DNA of 64,000 bases from Macrostomum hystrix (Eukaryota; Animalia; Platyhelminthes). This document shows, piece by piece, positions 37,332 to 50,564 of this stretch. Both the position numbers and the translations under genes were made by a program. Each line of letters opens with the position of its first letter. Within the stretch, counting starts at the first letter, position 1. Below the pieces are notes generated by a model. The model did not search any database, was not told where the DNA came from, and was given only the letters and a program-made list of their open reading frames with translations. The stretch is taken from contig CATNEN010000033.1 of NCBI GenBank assembly GCA_950097015.1, positions 4,774,001 to 4,838,000 on the forward strand, given 5' to 3'.

Positions 37332-38486
37332 ATTTATACATGTTTTGAGCAACCAGACCAGGCCAGAGAATTTTATAATACAAAGGCAGTACCTGTCCTA
37401 GCTAACTGCATGGTCCCATGTGAGAAAAAGTAGTGCTAACTTCATCCACATTGATCCATGGCAATAATGCCCACCTTATCCACATGTCAGATCGGGTTCT
37501 GTAGCTTATGGTTATAGACATTGTACCCATGTAGCTCTTATAAGTCTCACCACACATTACTAGGCCTTAGCTATAGGCCTAGTAAGCCAGTCTGCTCACA
37601 GAAAAGGTATAATAACCAATTAGAGCAAAATTGGAAGTGAAAGAAACCAGGCCTCTATGCTCTAATAATTATGATTAGATAACAATTAGAGTCTAATCTG
37701 GTTAGGTCTAAAGAAAGGTCATTGGTAAAACAGTTCTTGACACCTTTAAAATTAGGACTTCACATGGACTTACTAGCTACATGATGTCCTGATTGGGTAT
37801 TTAGTTTATTAGAATGCCAACAGAGCCACATATAAGGTAACTACTACAAATCTTAACATATTGATAGAATTATTAAGTTATGGATTCATGTATAACATTA
37901 AGAATCATGCTTTGTCAACGCAATCATATAAAATTTAAAAAAATGTAAACAGGATTGTTTTAGGACTAGCTGACATCAACATGCTTCTTGAAATTTATTT
38001 TTCATGGACACTTAAAAGGCAAAAACATTAAGTGTAGTGTAAGTATCTAGTAGATTATCTCTCAATCAAAACATTTTTGTGGTTTGTTACTGTCACATTG
38101 TAAAGAAACTTTTTTAGTTTCCTGAGTTCATGTACTTATAAGTATGTTACAAAAAGTTTAGAAATCAATTTTTATATTTATTTTTATTATAAAGCTAATA
38201 GTTAATGTTATACTATTTTTGCTAATTAATATAGATAAATATCTCTGGTATGCACTAATAATCTATTTTTGTATCTATCACTATAAACTAAGCCTAATGT
38301 TGGTACAAATCCTAAGTTACTCCAGACACTTAGCCATGCTACAATTGAGAATTGCTGATTTGTGAAAAAAAAAGTTTAAAGGTTGCTGTATTCTACATTC
38401 TATAGTGTTGAAGCATATAGCATGCTTAATTGTAGAAGCCACAAATGAAAATCAGAAACAAACCCTATTATTTTTGTTTCATAAGT

Positions 38487-38783
38487 CAGGGGTCAGCAAA
38501 CAGGCCTGTGGGCCAGATGCGACCCTTGAAACTCTAAAATCTGGCTCATTGCTCCTTCTGACACCTACAGTATCCTGTATCTTTCCCCTGCCTCATATCC
38601 CCTCAGTCTTGCCTCTCCTGTGTCTCATCTCTCCTATGTCTTGTCTCTTCTTTGTCTCATCTCCGCCTGTCACCTATTCTGTCTCATCTCTCCCCTATCT
38701 CATATTTCTACTGTCAATGCAGCCCGCTGTCGTCTTTTAGGTTCTCTCTTTGGCCCGCCAGCTAATAAGTTTGCCGACCCCTG
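38487..38783. mobile_element. hAT-like MITE
   Basis: TIR caggggtcagcaaac / gtttgccgacccctg with internal ggcccg-type motifs. TSD not clean. Ends 83 bp upstream of the NOP58 ATG. Confidence 0.6.
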
Positions 38784-38865
38784 ATCTAAATTCATAGGGA
38801 TTTTATTTGAATTAAGTCGATATGATTTGGTTCCGATTTCCCTTGCAGCCAATCCGCGACCTGCC

Positions 38866-41800
38866 ATGCTGGTGCTATTAGAAAGCTCGGCCGGGTTCGC
38901 CATCTTCAAGGTGCTGGACGAGAAGCGCCTGGTTGAGAGCCAGAATGTGCTTGGTGACTTCGCTAACGCCTCGGCCGCCTCTGGCGCCGTGCAGCTGTGC
39001 CAGTTTGTCAAATTCGACGACATCACCGAAGCTCTGTCGGCCACCACCGCCATGCTGGAGGGTCGCGTCAGCAAGAAGCTGCGCAAGGCGCTGCGCAAGT
39101 TGCAGAGCTCCGAGCTGCAGGACGGCGTCCTCGGCGTGGCCGACTCGCGGCTGGGCAGCGCCATCAAGGAGAAGCTGGGCATCAGCTGCGTGTACAGCTC
39201 ATCTGTGATGGAGCTGGTGCGCGCCATCCGGTCCCAGATGGACGCCTTGCTGCCGCAGGTGGCGCCAAGGGAGATGGCAGCCATGCAGCTGGGCTTGGCG
39301 CACAGCCTCAGCAGGTTCGGGCTGCTTAATATTTGCCATTGCTAAAAATAGTAAAAATACTTTGCTTGTTACTAGTAGTAGAGCATCGCCAACCCACCGC
39401 CGCTGCGCAGGTACAAGCTGAAGTTCAGTCCGGACAAGATTGACACCATGATAGTGCAGGCCATCTCCCTGCTAGACGACCTGGACAAGGAGACCAACAA
39501 CTACGTGATGCGAGTGAAGGAGATGTACGGCTGGCACTTCCCAGAGCTGGCCAAGATTGTTCAGGACGGGCAGGCTTACGTAAAAGCTGTCAAAGCCATG
39601 GGCATGCGAGAGAACGCCATCAGCACCGACCTGTCCGAGTGCCTGCCAGAAGAGGTTTGCCACTTCACACACGACCCAGCCACAATACGTGTAGCTATGA
39701 CCCCACCCAGCCACAATGCGTGTAGCTATGACCCCACCCCAGCCACTATGCCTGTAGCTATGACCCCACCCCAGCCACTATGCGTGTAGCTATGACCCCA
39801 CCCCAGCCACTATGCGTGTAGCTATGACCCCACCCCAGCCACTATGCCTGTAGCTATGACCCCACCCCAGCCACTATGCCTGTAGCTATGACCCCACCCC
39901 AGCCACTATGCGTGTAGCTATGACCCCACCCCAGCCACTATGCGTGTAGCTATGACCCCACCCCAGCCACTATGCGTGTAGCTATGACCCCACCCCAGCC
40001 ACTATGCCTGTAGCTATGACCCCACCCCAGCCACTATACGTGTAGCTATGACCCCACCCAGCCACTATACGTGTAGCTATGACCCCACCCCAGCCACTAT
40101 GCGTGTAGCTATGACCCCTCACACCAGCCACTATGCGTGTAGCTATGAACCCACCCCAGCCACTATGCGTGTAGCTATGACCCCACCCCAGCCACTATGC
40201 GTGTAGCTATGACCCCACCCCAGCCACTATGCCTGTAGCTATGACCCCACCCCAGCCACTATACGTGTAGCTATGACCCCACCCAGCCACTATGCCTGTA
40301 GCTATGACCCCACCCCAGCCACTATGCGTGTAGCTATGACCCCACCCCAGCCACTATGCGTGTAGCTATGACCCCACCCCAGCCACTATACGTGTAGCTA
40401 TGACCCCACCCCAGCCACTATGCCTGTAGCTATGACCCCACCCCAGCCACTATACGTGTAGCTATGACCCCACCCCAGCCACTATGCCTGTAGCTATGAC
40501 CCCACCCCAGCCACTATGCGTGTAGCTATGACCCCACCCCAGCCACTATGCCTGTAGCTATGACCCCACCCAGCCACTATACGTGTAGCTATGACCCCAC
40601 CCCAGCCACTATGCGTGTAGCTATGACCCCTCACACCAGCCACTATGCGTGTAGCTATGAACCCACCCCAGCCACTATGCGTGTAGCTATGACCCCACCC
40701 CAGCCACTATGCGTGTAGCTATGACCCCACCCCAGCCACTATACGTGTAGCTATGACCCCACCCCAGCCACTATGCATGTAGCTATGACCCCACCCCAGC
40801 CACTATACGTGTAGCTATGACCCCACCCCAGCCACTATGCGTGTAGCTATGACCCCACCCCAGCCACTATACGTGTAGCTATGACCCCACCCCAGCCACT
40901 ATGCGTGTAGCTATGACCCCACCCAGCCTCTATGCGTGTAGCTATGACCCCTCACACCAGCCACTATGCCTGTAGCTATGACCCCACCCCAGCCACTATG
41001 CCTGTAGCTATGACCCCTCACACCAGCCAATATGCGTGTAGCTATGACCCCCTTCCAGCCACTATGCGTGTAGCTATGACCCCACCCCAGCCACTATGCG
41101 GTTCGCTATGACCCCACCCCAGCCACTATGCGTGTAGCTATGACCCCACCCAGCCACTATGCGGTTCGCTATGACCCCACCCCAGCCACTATGCGTGTAG
41201 CTATGACCCCCTTCCAGCCACTATGCGTGTCGATATGACCCCAACCGCCCAACCACTTCTGCAGATAATCGAAGATGTGCGCAACGCCGCCCTGGTGTCG
41301 CTGGGCACGGAGATGACGGAGGCCGACCTGGCTGCGGTGCACTCCATGTGCGACCAGGTGTTGGAGATGAGCGAGTACCGCACCCAGCTGTACGACTACA
41401 TCCGCAGTCGCATGAACGCCGTGGCACCCAACCTGACGGTTCTAGTCGGCGAACTGGTCGGCGCCCGCCTGATCTCGCACGCCGGCACCCTGCTATCGCT
41501 GGCCAAGCATCCATCGTCTACAGTGCAGATTCTCGGCGCTGAGAAGGCCTTATTCAGGGCGCTGAAGACCAAGCATCAGACGCCAAAGTACGGCCTGCTG
41601 TACCACGCCTCCCTGGTTGGTCAGGCCAACGCCAAGTTCAAGGGCAAGATCTCCCGCATGCTTGCTGCCAAAGCTGCATTGGCCATTCGTGTTGATGCTC
41701 TGGGCGAAGGCGACAGTATCGGGGCGGACATGGGCCTGGCCAGCCGGGCCTACCTGGAGCGCCGGCTGAAAAGTTTGGAAGGCGGCGGCGGCGGCGGGAT

Positions 41801-43931
41801 CAGCGGCCTTGGCCGGGCGCGCGCCCAGTCTGATCGCTTTGTGCCTGCCTTCGGGCCCTCTGGCGCTGGCTACACCGGCAAGCGGGACGCCGACGCCTCC
41901 AACGAGGGCGCCGGTCAGCGGGCCGACAAGCGACCAGCGGCTGTAGGACCGTCCGGCGACTCCAATGCGGGATCGCCGCCGAAGAAAAAGAAGAAGCAGC
42001 ACCAGGAGGAGGATGAGGTAGGATTCATTGTGCGATCCGTTGTGGGACATTGGGATCAGTGAGTGTCTGTGTGGGGCATTGGGATCAGTGAGTGTCTGTG
42101 TGGTGCATTGGGATCAGTGAGTGTCTGTGTGGGGCATTGGGATCAGTGAGTGTCTGTGTGGTGCATTGGGATCAGTGAGTGTCTGTGTGGTGCATTGGGA
42201 TCAGTGAGTGTCTGTATGGTGCATTGGGATCAGTGAGTGTGTGGTGCATTGGGATCAGTGAGTGTCTGTGTGGTGCATTGGGATCAGTGAGTGTCTGTAT
42301 GGTGCATTGGGATCAGTGAGTGTCTGTGTGGTGCATTGGGATCAGTGAGTGTCTGTGTGGTGCATTGGGATCAGTGAGTGTCTGTGTGGTGCATTGGGAT
42401 CATCAGTGAGTGTCTGTATGGTGCATTGGGATCAGTGAGTGTCTGTGGGGCATTGGGATCAGTGAGTGTCTGTGTGGGGCATTGGGATCAGTGAGTGTCT
42501 GTATGGTGCATTGGGATCAGTGAGTGTCTGTGTGGTGCATTGGGATCAGTGAGTGTCTGTATGGTGCATTGGGATCAGTGAGTGTCTGTGTGGTGCATTG
42601 GGATCAGTGAGTGTCTGTATGGTGCATTGGGATCAGTGAGTGTCTGTGTGGGGCATTGTGATCAGTGAGTGTCTGTGTGGGGCATTGGGATCAGTGAGTG
42701 TCTGTGTGGTGCATTGGGATCAGTGAGTGTCTGTATGGTGCATTGGGATCAGTGAGTGTCTGTGTGGTGCATTGGGGTCAGTGAGTGTCTGTGTGGTGCA
42801 TTGGGATCAGTGAGTGTCTGTGTGGGGCATTGGGATCAGTGAGTGTCTGTGTGGTGCATTGGGATCAGTGAGTGTCTGTGTGGTGCATTGGGATCAGTGA
42901 GTGTCTGTGTGGTGCATTGGGATCAGTGAGTGTCTGTGTGGTGCATTGGGATCAGTGAGTGTCTGTATGGTGCATTGGGATCAGTGAGTGTCTGTGTGGT
43001 GCATTGGGATCAGTGAGTGTCTGTGTGGTGCATTGGGATCAGTGAGTGTCTGTGTGGGGCATTGGGATCAGTGAGTGTCTGTATGGTGCATTGGGATCAG
43101 TGAGTGTCTGTGTGGTGCATTGGGATCAGTGAGTGTCTGTATGGTGCATTGGGATCAGTGAGTGTCTGTGTGGGGCATTGTGATCAGTGAGTGTCTGTGT
43201 GGGGCATTGGGATCAGTGAGTGTCTGTGTGGTGCATTGGGATCAGTGAGTGTCTGTATGGTGCATTGGGATCAGTGAGTGTCTGTGTGGTGCATTGGGGT
43301 CAGTGAGTGTCTGTGTGGTGCATTGGGATCAGTGAGTGTCTGTGTGGGGCATTGGGATCAGTGAGTGTCTGTGTGGTGCATTGGGGTCAGTGAGTGTCTG
43401 TGTGGGGCATTGGGATCAGTGAGTGTCTGTGTGGTGCATTGGGATCAGTGAGTGTCTGTGTGGGACATTGTGATCAGTGATTGTCTGAGTGGGGCATTGG
43501 GATCAGTGAGTGTCTGTGTGGTGCATTGGGATCAGTGAGTGTCTGTGTGGGACATTGTGATCAGTGAGTGTCTGTGTGGGGCATTGGGATCAGTGAGTGT
43601 CTGTATGGTGCATTGGGATCAGTGAGTGTCTGTGTGGTGCATTGGGGTCAGTGAGTGTCTGTGTGGTGCATTGGGATCAGTGAGTGTCTGTGTGGTGCAT
43701 CGGGATCAGTCAGCTACTAACATCGCCCTGTCCATCCGCTCGCAGGTGGTTGTCAAGGAGGAGGAGCCAATGGAGGCGGCGTCCGCATCTGCAAAGAAGG
43801 GAAAGAAAAAGAAGCAGCAGCAGCAGCAGGTCGAGGAGGCGGAGCCGCAGGAGGAAGAAGCAGCTGCTGCGCCCCAGTCCGATAAGAAAAAGAAAAAGAA
43901 GGCCAGACAGTCCAGCGAGTCCATGGGCTGA
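38866..43931 (+). CDS. NOP58: Nucleolar protein 58 (box C/D snoRNP core), 543 aa; exons 38866-39314, 39411-39654, 41265-42017, 43746-43931
   Basis: [61 protein letters not shown] and a KKE-rich tail. GT-AG junctions are in phase, with a TACTAAC branch point in intron 3. Confidence 0.96.
39670..41243. repeat. 32-bp minisatellite filling NOP58 intron 2 (ccactatgcgtgtagctatgaccccaccccag), about 49 copies
   Basis: Direct inspection; copy number estimated from length divided by period. Confidence 0.97.
42043..43710. repeat. 29-bp minisatellite filling NOP58 intron 3 (gcattgggatcagtgagtgtctgtgtggt), about 57 copies
   Basis: Direct inspection; copy number estimated from length divided by period. 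Confidence 0.97.
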
Positions 43932-44419
43932 GCAATGCGAGTCTGCTATCTTCTGTCCAGTTACAATTGCTCCTTGCTTTTATCTGATTGTCTCTCTTAC
44001 TAATTATCTGCTGCTCGTTAGATTTGATCCCGTCTGTCAACTGTTAGGACAAATTAAACATGGATTTGCAGGAGGTTTGCAACTAGCTTTGCTTGTCAGC
44101 CTGTTTAGTTTTTCTTCCCATTTATCTTGAAGCATTTTGGCCATCGCGCATCTCAGTGCCTGTTTTCAAGGGCCAAGCTTGAAATTGCGCTGCGTGTTCT
44201 ACTGCAGTTAGTCCTGACTGTTTAGGCTAGCATTTGTGACCGGTGTACAGACTGAATAAATCCATAACCCCTTGCATGGTCGGCCGAAGCACAGCCGCCG
44301 ATTGTCGGCATTTGTTGATTAAGAAAATTCAGGAATAAAAACGGTAGATTGCTTGACTTTCTGTTTAATCTATTTTATTCTATCAGTAAAATTCACAAAA
44401 TCCCCATTTGTCATCCTCC

Positions 44420-45750
44420 CCTTTCTCAAATCCTCAATTTCTGTGTTTCTCGCTGTCAGATCCTGAATTTCTCTCTTTTACTTTCTGACCTACTCAATTT
44501 CTCCCTTCCAATTCCTCAAATCCATAATTTGTCCTTTCCACTTCTCAAATCCCCAATTTCTCCCTTCTGATTCCTCAAATCCCCAATTTCTCCCTTCTGA
44601 TTCCTCAAATCCCCAATTTCTCCCTTCCAATTCCTCAAATCCCTAATTTGTCCTTTCCACTTCTCAAATCCCCAATTTCTCCCTTCTGATTCCTCGAATC
44701 CCCAATTTCTCCCTTCCAATTCCTCAAATCCCAAATTTGTCCTTTCCACTTCTCAAATCCCCAATTTCTCCCTTCTGATTCCTCGAATCCCCAATTTCTC
44801 CCATCCGATTCCTCAAATCCCCAACTTTTCCCTTCCGGTTCCTCAAATCCCTAATTTATCCCTTCCGCTTCCTCAAATCCCTAATTTCTCCCTTCCACTT
44901 CCTCAAATCCCTAATTTCTCCCTTCCACTTCCTCAAATCCCTAATTTCTCCCTTCCGATTCCTCAAATCCCCGAATTTCTCCCATCCGATTCCTCAAATC
45001 CCCAACTTTTCCCTTCCGGTTCCTCAAATCCCTAATTTATCCCTTCCGCTTCCTCAAATCCCTAATTTCTCCCTTCCACTTCCTCAAATCCCTAATTTCT
45101 CCCTTCCGATTCCTCAAATCCCTAATTTCTCCCCTCCACTTCCTCAAATCCCTAATTTCTCCCTTCCACTTCCTCAAATCCCTAATTTCTCCCTTCCGAT
45201 TCCTCAAATCCCTAATTTCTCCCCTCCACTTCCTCAAATCCCTAATTTCTCCCCTCCACTTCCTCAAATCCCTAATTTCTCCCTTCCACTTCCTCAAATC
45301 CCTAATTTCTCCCTTCCGATTCCTCAAATCCCCAACTTCTCCCCTCCGCTTCCTCATACCCCTAATTTCTCCCTTCCACTTCCTCAAATCCCTAATTTCT
45401 CCCTTCCGATTCCTCAAATCCCCGAATTTCTCCCATCCGATTCCTCAAATCCCCAACTTTTCCCTTCCGGTTCCTCAAATCCCTAATTTATCCCTTCCGC
45501 TTCCTTAAATCCCCAATTTCTCCCTTCTGATTTCCTCAAATCCCTAATTTATCCCTTCCGCTTACTTAAATCCCCAATTTCTCCCTTCTTATTTCCTCAA
45601 ATCCCTAATTTATCCCTTCCGCTTACTTAAATCCCCAATTTCTCCCTTCTTATTTCCTCAAATCCCTAATTTATCCCTTCCGCTTCCTTAAATCCCCAAT
45701 TTCTCCCTTCTGATTTCCTCAAATCCCTAGTTTTTCTTTCCACTTCCTAA
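44420..45750. repeat. 30-bp pyrimidine-rich minisatellite (cctaatttctcccttccacttcctcaaatc)
   Basis: Direct inspection; degenerate at both ends. Confidence 0.95.
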
Positions 45751-46191
45751 AATCCTCAAATTTGACAGTCATACGTATTCTCAGATCCTAGGGCAGTCTC
45801 ATCTAGCATCAGGGAGCCGCCTATAGTTAAACCCGCGTTCTGCCGGCCTACAATGCTCATGCAGTACCATGGACACATTACAAGCAAACTTATATCCTAA
45901 TGATCAGGGCCAGATAAAAAAGTTAATCTTGTTAAAACAAACGGGGGTGGCAAGCGAAAAATGCTTTACGTTTAAAATGCCGGAAATTTTTGAGAAAATC
46001 AACTCGTTTTCCACATTTAACAGGCTGCTGAAATAAAAAGTGCGGCTAAAAAAACTCGTAATGCTCTACTGCTATTCTTACTCCGAAGAAGTAGTACTGC
46101 ACAAAACTGATTAGATAAGGCGAGAGTAGCACTGAGACTATGCGCACGGTCTGTGGAAACTAAACTGGTTGAAACAGGCCTGCAAACTGTG

Positions 46192-46265
46192 GGTCGTGTA
46201 GCTCAGTTGGTTAGAGCGTCGTGCTGATAACGCGAAGGTCGAGGGTTCGAGCCCCTCCCCGACCA
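46192..46265 (+). tRNA. tRNA-Ile with anticodon GAT (eukaryotic Ile-AAU-type body)
   Basis: GGTCGTG-TA-GCTC AGTTGGTTA GAGC-G-TCGTG CT GAT AA CGCGA-AGGTC-GAGGG TTCGAGC CCCTC-CCCGACC-A. One T:C mismatch in the acceptor stem. Confidence 0.9.
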
Positions 46266-46269
46266 GTCA

Positions 46270-46274
46270 TTTTT
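46270..46274 (+). terminator. Pol III oligo-T terminator
   Basis: TTTTT 5 nt after the tRNA discriminator base. Confidence 0.7.
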
Positions 46275-48659
46275 GCTTTCTATCCGTACACAGGCTTTGT
46301 AAATTTTTATATTCGTCGCCAAATTAACTCATTAAAGGACGCCATCTTCAACAGAATTTTATGAACTGTAAATTGTCAATGACTTAAACACTGAATCTGC
46401 TCAAAAAGCTAGAATACTTGATCGATTTAGAACACTTACTAATTTACTAACACGATACTAGAACACTTATTTGTAGGCTGATGTCTTTCACCTATGTCAC
46501 CACCTATGCTTTTCGGATATTTTAAAGAACAAACAAAACTGTTAGCCCACTCAAGCTGACCAGATTGCGCAAGTGTTGTGCAAGACAGCAAAGCAAGACT
46601 CGGTCTCGAGTCAATCTGCTGTTTTTGGCTGCATTTCTTGGTGGAATTTTTGCCACTAACAAGCGCGTGTCGAGTTTCCTGAAATTCCCATAGCACCCGT
46701 GGGCCGTTGTTTTTTATATCAGTTTCCAGAAATTGTGTCAGATTCCATGCAGTCTGAGGGACATGCTCTGGTATCCAAAGTCAGTCTGGAGTCTAACGTT
46801 ACAGTGGGGCCGAACAATTAGCATTATTATCCCAGCTTTGTTTGCATAGCCCAGATCCCGTCTGCCCAAGGTGCGCAGGTCTTGTTCAATCCGAAACAAA
46901 AGAAGCATTTTGTCTGTCTGGTCAGGCGTTCGGTTACATTTCAAAACTGTTGAATGCAGACTGGCAGTCACTGCAGCTGTAGCACTGGCTTGTCACTGCT
47001 GTATCAGACTGTCTCTCTGGCTAATCTCCTGTGTAACAATTTAACAATTCTCTTTCACCTGACTTCAGTTTCTCCCCGGACTTGCTGCACACTTGTTTAT
47101 TCCTATCCCTCTCCTCTCTAAAGATTTTGACTGGAAAGTTTTGCGCGACAAAAAGTTATACATTTTCTGTGTTTTATGTCTCAGTCTTTGTTTACGATCT
47201 AAAGCTCAGCTGTGACGCAAGCCGCAGTTTGCGCGAATTTCAGAGTGTCGCAGATCCGCAAACAGAGCTTTCTGTTTGATTGCTTTCGCTCGCAGACCCC
47301 GAGTTGATGAATTGCGAAATAAGTCAAGCCAGCTGGAGACTGGGGGTCGAAGGAGAGCGACTGGAGATAGGGGCGTGTCTCAGCCCACTGCTGCAAGCTG
47401 CTTCAAACAATGAGACTTGAAAGCCAAGCAGAACAGGTTCATAAGGCGAGGAGGCGACAGCGCGAAGGACCACTTCAAACTCCGCTTCACACTTTCTCTC
47501 TCCACTCTCAAGTCTTTGTTGCACCTCCAGTTCTCATCGATGCCCAACTGGATTCCACACCAGCTCAGCTGTGAATTTTTGTTGCCATGCGGAATGCAAA
47601 CAACGATAATCAAGAAATATGAAGTGTTTGGCAATAAAACACGAGATAGGGAGAAGCGTGTGCCTTACTCTGGATGCAACAGTTTGACTTTGCTCACAGA
47701 AATTTGAGGAGATAAGGAAAGCCGGGAAAAAATGGAGCAAAAAAACACTGTTGCCATACGAATTCTGGCCTCTAAATCGGAATTTGATGGTTTATCATTT
47801 TCCCTTTCTGAGAATAATTCAATAATAATATAATAATGCATAGTCATATCACAATGACATTTACTATCTTAAAACTGCAATCAAAAGGTTTTCCCATTCA
47901 CAGTCACCCTCATATACTACCTCGTATTATACTTTTACTCACCACACAAGGTCTCACTGTTACGCTGCTGATGTTACGACCGATTTGTTTTTAACTTTCT
48001 TTGCTGTTCAAAGGAGTGCACAACTGCTCGTTCTGGCATCGTTTGATGGCAGTAGGACAAGCATTTTGATGTGCCTCTGCTCCAGAATTCAGAAAATGAG
48101 TCTCATTTAATCGAAACTCGCCTTGAATTTCCTAATTCTGCTTTCAATCAACTTCGGCTGCTGCAGGCCAGTAGAATTCGTCAAACAAAAACCTGACACT
48201 TCCCGAGTTTCACAAAAAACTGAACCAAAAACAGACCAGTAGGCGATGTTCAATTCAATTTTCAGTTTGCAAGCATGGGTATTTTCATTCACTGTGTATT
48301 TGGTTTATAACATTACAGTGGCGTACAATAAGTCAGTACTAGTGCATGTTCGCCATACTTCGGCTTTGACTTTGTTCAGCTGACTTCAACAATCAGCTAT
48401 GTGCTCCGAGTCTTTGTGCTTTGTTGCTGTTGTGATCCGAGTCTTTGTGCTTTGTTGCTGTTGTGATCCGAGTCGTTCTAACTGAACTGCCGGACTTGCC
48501 AGTCGGATCAGGCAGTTTGAACTGCTTTCTCGGCCCATCAGCCGGGCTGCAACCGCTGGGTCGCTTCCGCTGAGGAAGTAGGTCTGCAGAAGGGAGAGGA
48601 TCGAGTTGTTGGTATGAAGCAATTGTGCTTCCTCTTCTCATTTGTACTTATCCGCTCAT

Positions 48660-48800
48660 CCACTGCCCTTTCCTGATCATCATCCGCCCCTACCGCTCAT
48701 CCTCCGCCCCTACCGCTCCTCCTCCGGCCCTACCGCTCATACTCCGCCCCTTCCGCTCATCCTCCGCCCCTACCGCTCATCATCCGCCCCTACCGCTCAG
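48660..48800. repeat. About 20-bp tandem repeat (catcctccgcccctaccgct)
   Basis: Direct inspection; about 7 imperfect units. Confidence 0.8.
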
Positions 48801-49663
48801 CCTCTGTCCCTTTCTGCTATTTCCGGCCCTTTCCCCGCTTGTCCTGAACAATTTTGCCTTTCTCCTGTCTTTCGCTACCTGTCGAGCTGCTCCATTCCGA
48901 CTCACCGGAGATTCTCGTCTGCACCAGCTCTCCAACTTCGGCCCTGTCTGGCTGCTTCATCGGCTTCTGCGGCAGTTGTCTGGCTGAATAGAATGCTGGC
49001 ACCTCAGTGGCGGGCACCAGCCTGCATCTCTGGCTGACTTGCTGACTGTGTCCGCTCGAACTGCGGATTCCACAGCGGTTCTGGACTCGACGGCTGTCCA
49101 GCTGGATTGCCGCGGACAGCGCCAGACGGGCTCGATGAGCCGCTTGCGAAGGGCCACCGATGCTTCTGCTGTCGCTCCTGCAGCAAAAGCTAATAAGCAC
49201 TGCTCGCTTCGGCTCCACGTTATGGCCTTTCATAATATCTAATTTTAGTATTCCTGAGTTACTGCTGAAGGCACGCGGCCGATCTATCAGCTAGTCTTGA
49301 ATTTTGAATCCTGTATAAAATCTCTTGCCTCCTGACTGCACTCTGCTTTATTGGCGAAAATTCTCAGCGCAACCCGGGCTGTACTGAAGTCCGCTCGAAT
49401 CCTATTGGCTGTCAATACGAGATCATCATCCGAGTTTTGTCGCTAACTTCTGAATCAGTTTAGATTCTCACTACTCAATAGTGAGGAAAGTAGTCTCATC
49501 GAGTTCTTACAAGTATTTGTTATGGAAATACTTTTTTACATTCAGCCATGAAAGCTCGACGCGTTGGTGAAGTTTTAAGAATCTTCGAAGAATCTCTCGT
49601 GCCCAATTAGAGGCGAACGTGTGTCATGACCAATATTCTTACCAAATCATTATGGATCGAGCT

Positions 49664-50564
49664 TCTAAAAAGTCCAATCCTTGGTTTCTGTATGGATTAC
49701 TCTAGTCCGGTAAGACAGGCAGGCAATTATTAAAAAACGTGACAATGCCACTATACTATAGCCACTATAGACATAGGCCACTATAGACATTGTCCAAAAG
49801 CGTGACAATGTCTCTGCATACTCCCTGATGGCTGCTTGCTCGGATGAGAACTGAGTGCATTAAAATCAGTTTATATCACAGATAATATATAATATATATT
49901 ATATATTAATATATAATATATAACAGTTATATATTATCTGTGGTTTATATCCAATTTTGCAAGCACCGTAATATACCTAGATATGTTAATGTAGCAATCG
50001 CAGGTCACTTATTTTTATGCTTTGTTCATTGTATTTTATTGTTTCTTCATTTTAATTTTGTAACTTCTGGTCGTTTTTTATTTTTTTTATTTCTTTTTAT
50101 ATTGCCACGAAGGCTTTAGCCTAGCGGGTGTTGTAGCAAAATGGAGCATTCACTCGGCTATTTAATGGGTGCAATAATTTATAGTTGGGTATTTGTTGGT
50201 GAGTACGGAGTCAGCTTTGCCCAGTCCATGGACTGAACAACCATCCACAGCCTTCAGACGTGCCGCGCAACAGCTTGACTGCGCTGTCGGCTGCACCTGG
50301 GCTAATTAGGGCAGGTGTAATCAATCGTTTTTTTGTTTCTTAACGAAGCACGCCACCAGCAGATGCCTGCACAGCTGTGGCTTGCATTTGCCGTGAGTTG
50401 TAGCTTGGAACTGTACACGTAGAACTTCGACTGTCTAAACCTAGTCAAACTATAAGAAAATGAGTTTCTTCAATATGGAGCCTCTAAAAACTCCAATCCC
50501 GGGTTTCTGTATGGATTACTCTAGTCCGGTAAGACAGACAGGCAATGATTAAAAAGGGTGACAA
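49664..50564. repeat. About 82-bp direct repeats (49664-49745, 50483-50564) flanking an AT-rich hairpin (49877-49942)
   Basis: 36-bp perfect core ggtttctgtatggattactctagtccggtaagacag. Inverted arms cacagataatatataa / ttatatattatctgtg. Confidence 0.8.

Noticed and set aside
39315-43745. Intronic box C/D snoRNAs in NOP58
   Set aside because: No C box / D box pair with a terminal stem seen; the introns are almost all tandem repeat.
44349-45417. Arg/Lys-rich ORFs (RKWKGEIRDL repeats)
   Set aside because: Translation of the 30-bp minisatellite.
46439-49250. Several 60-140 aa ORFs on both strands
   Set aside because: No recognisable domain and no consistent exon chain; some arise from short tandem repeats.
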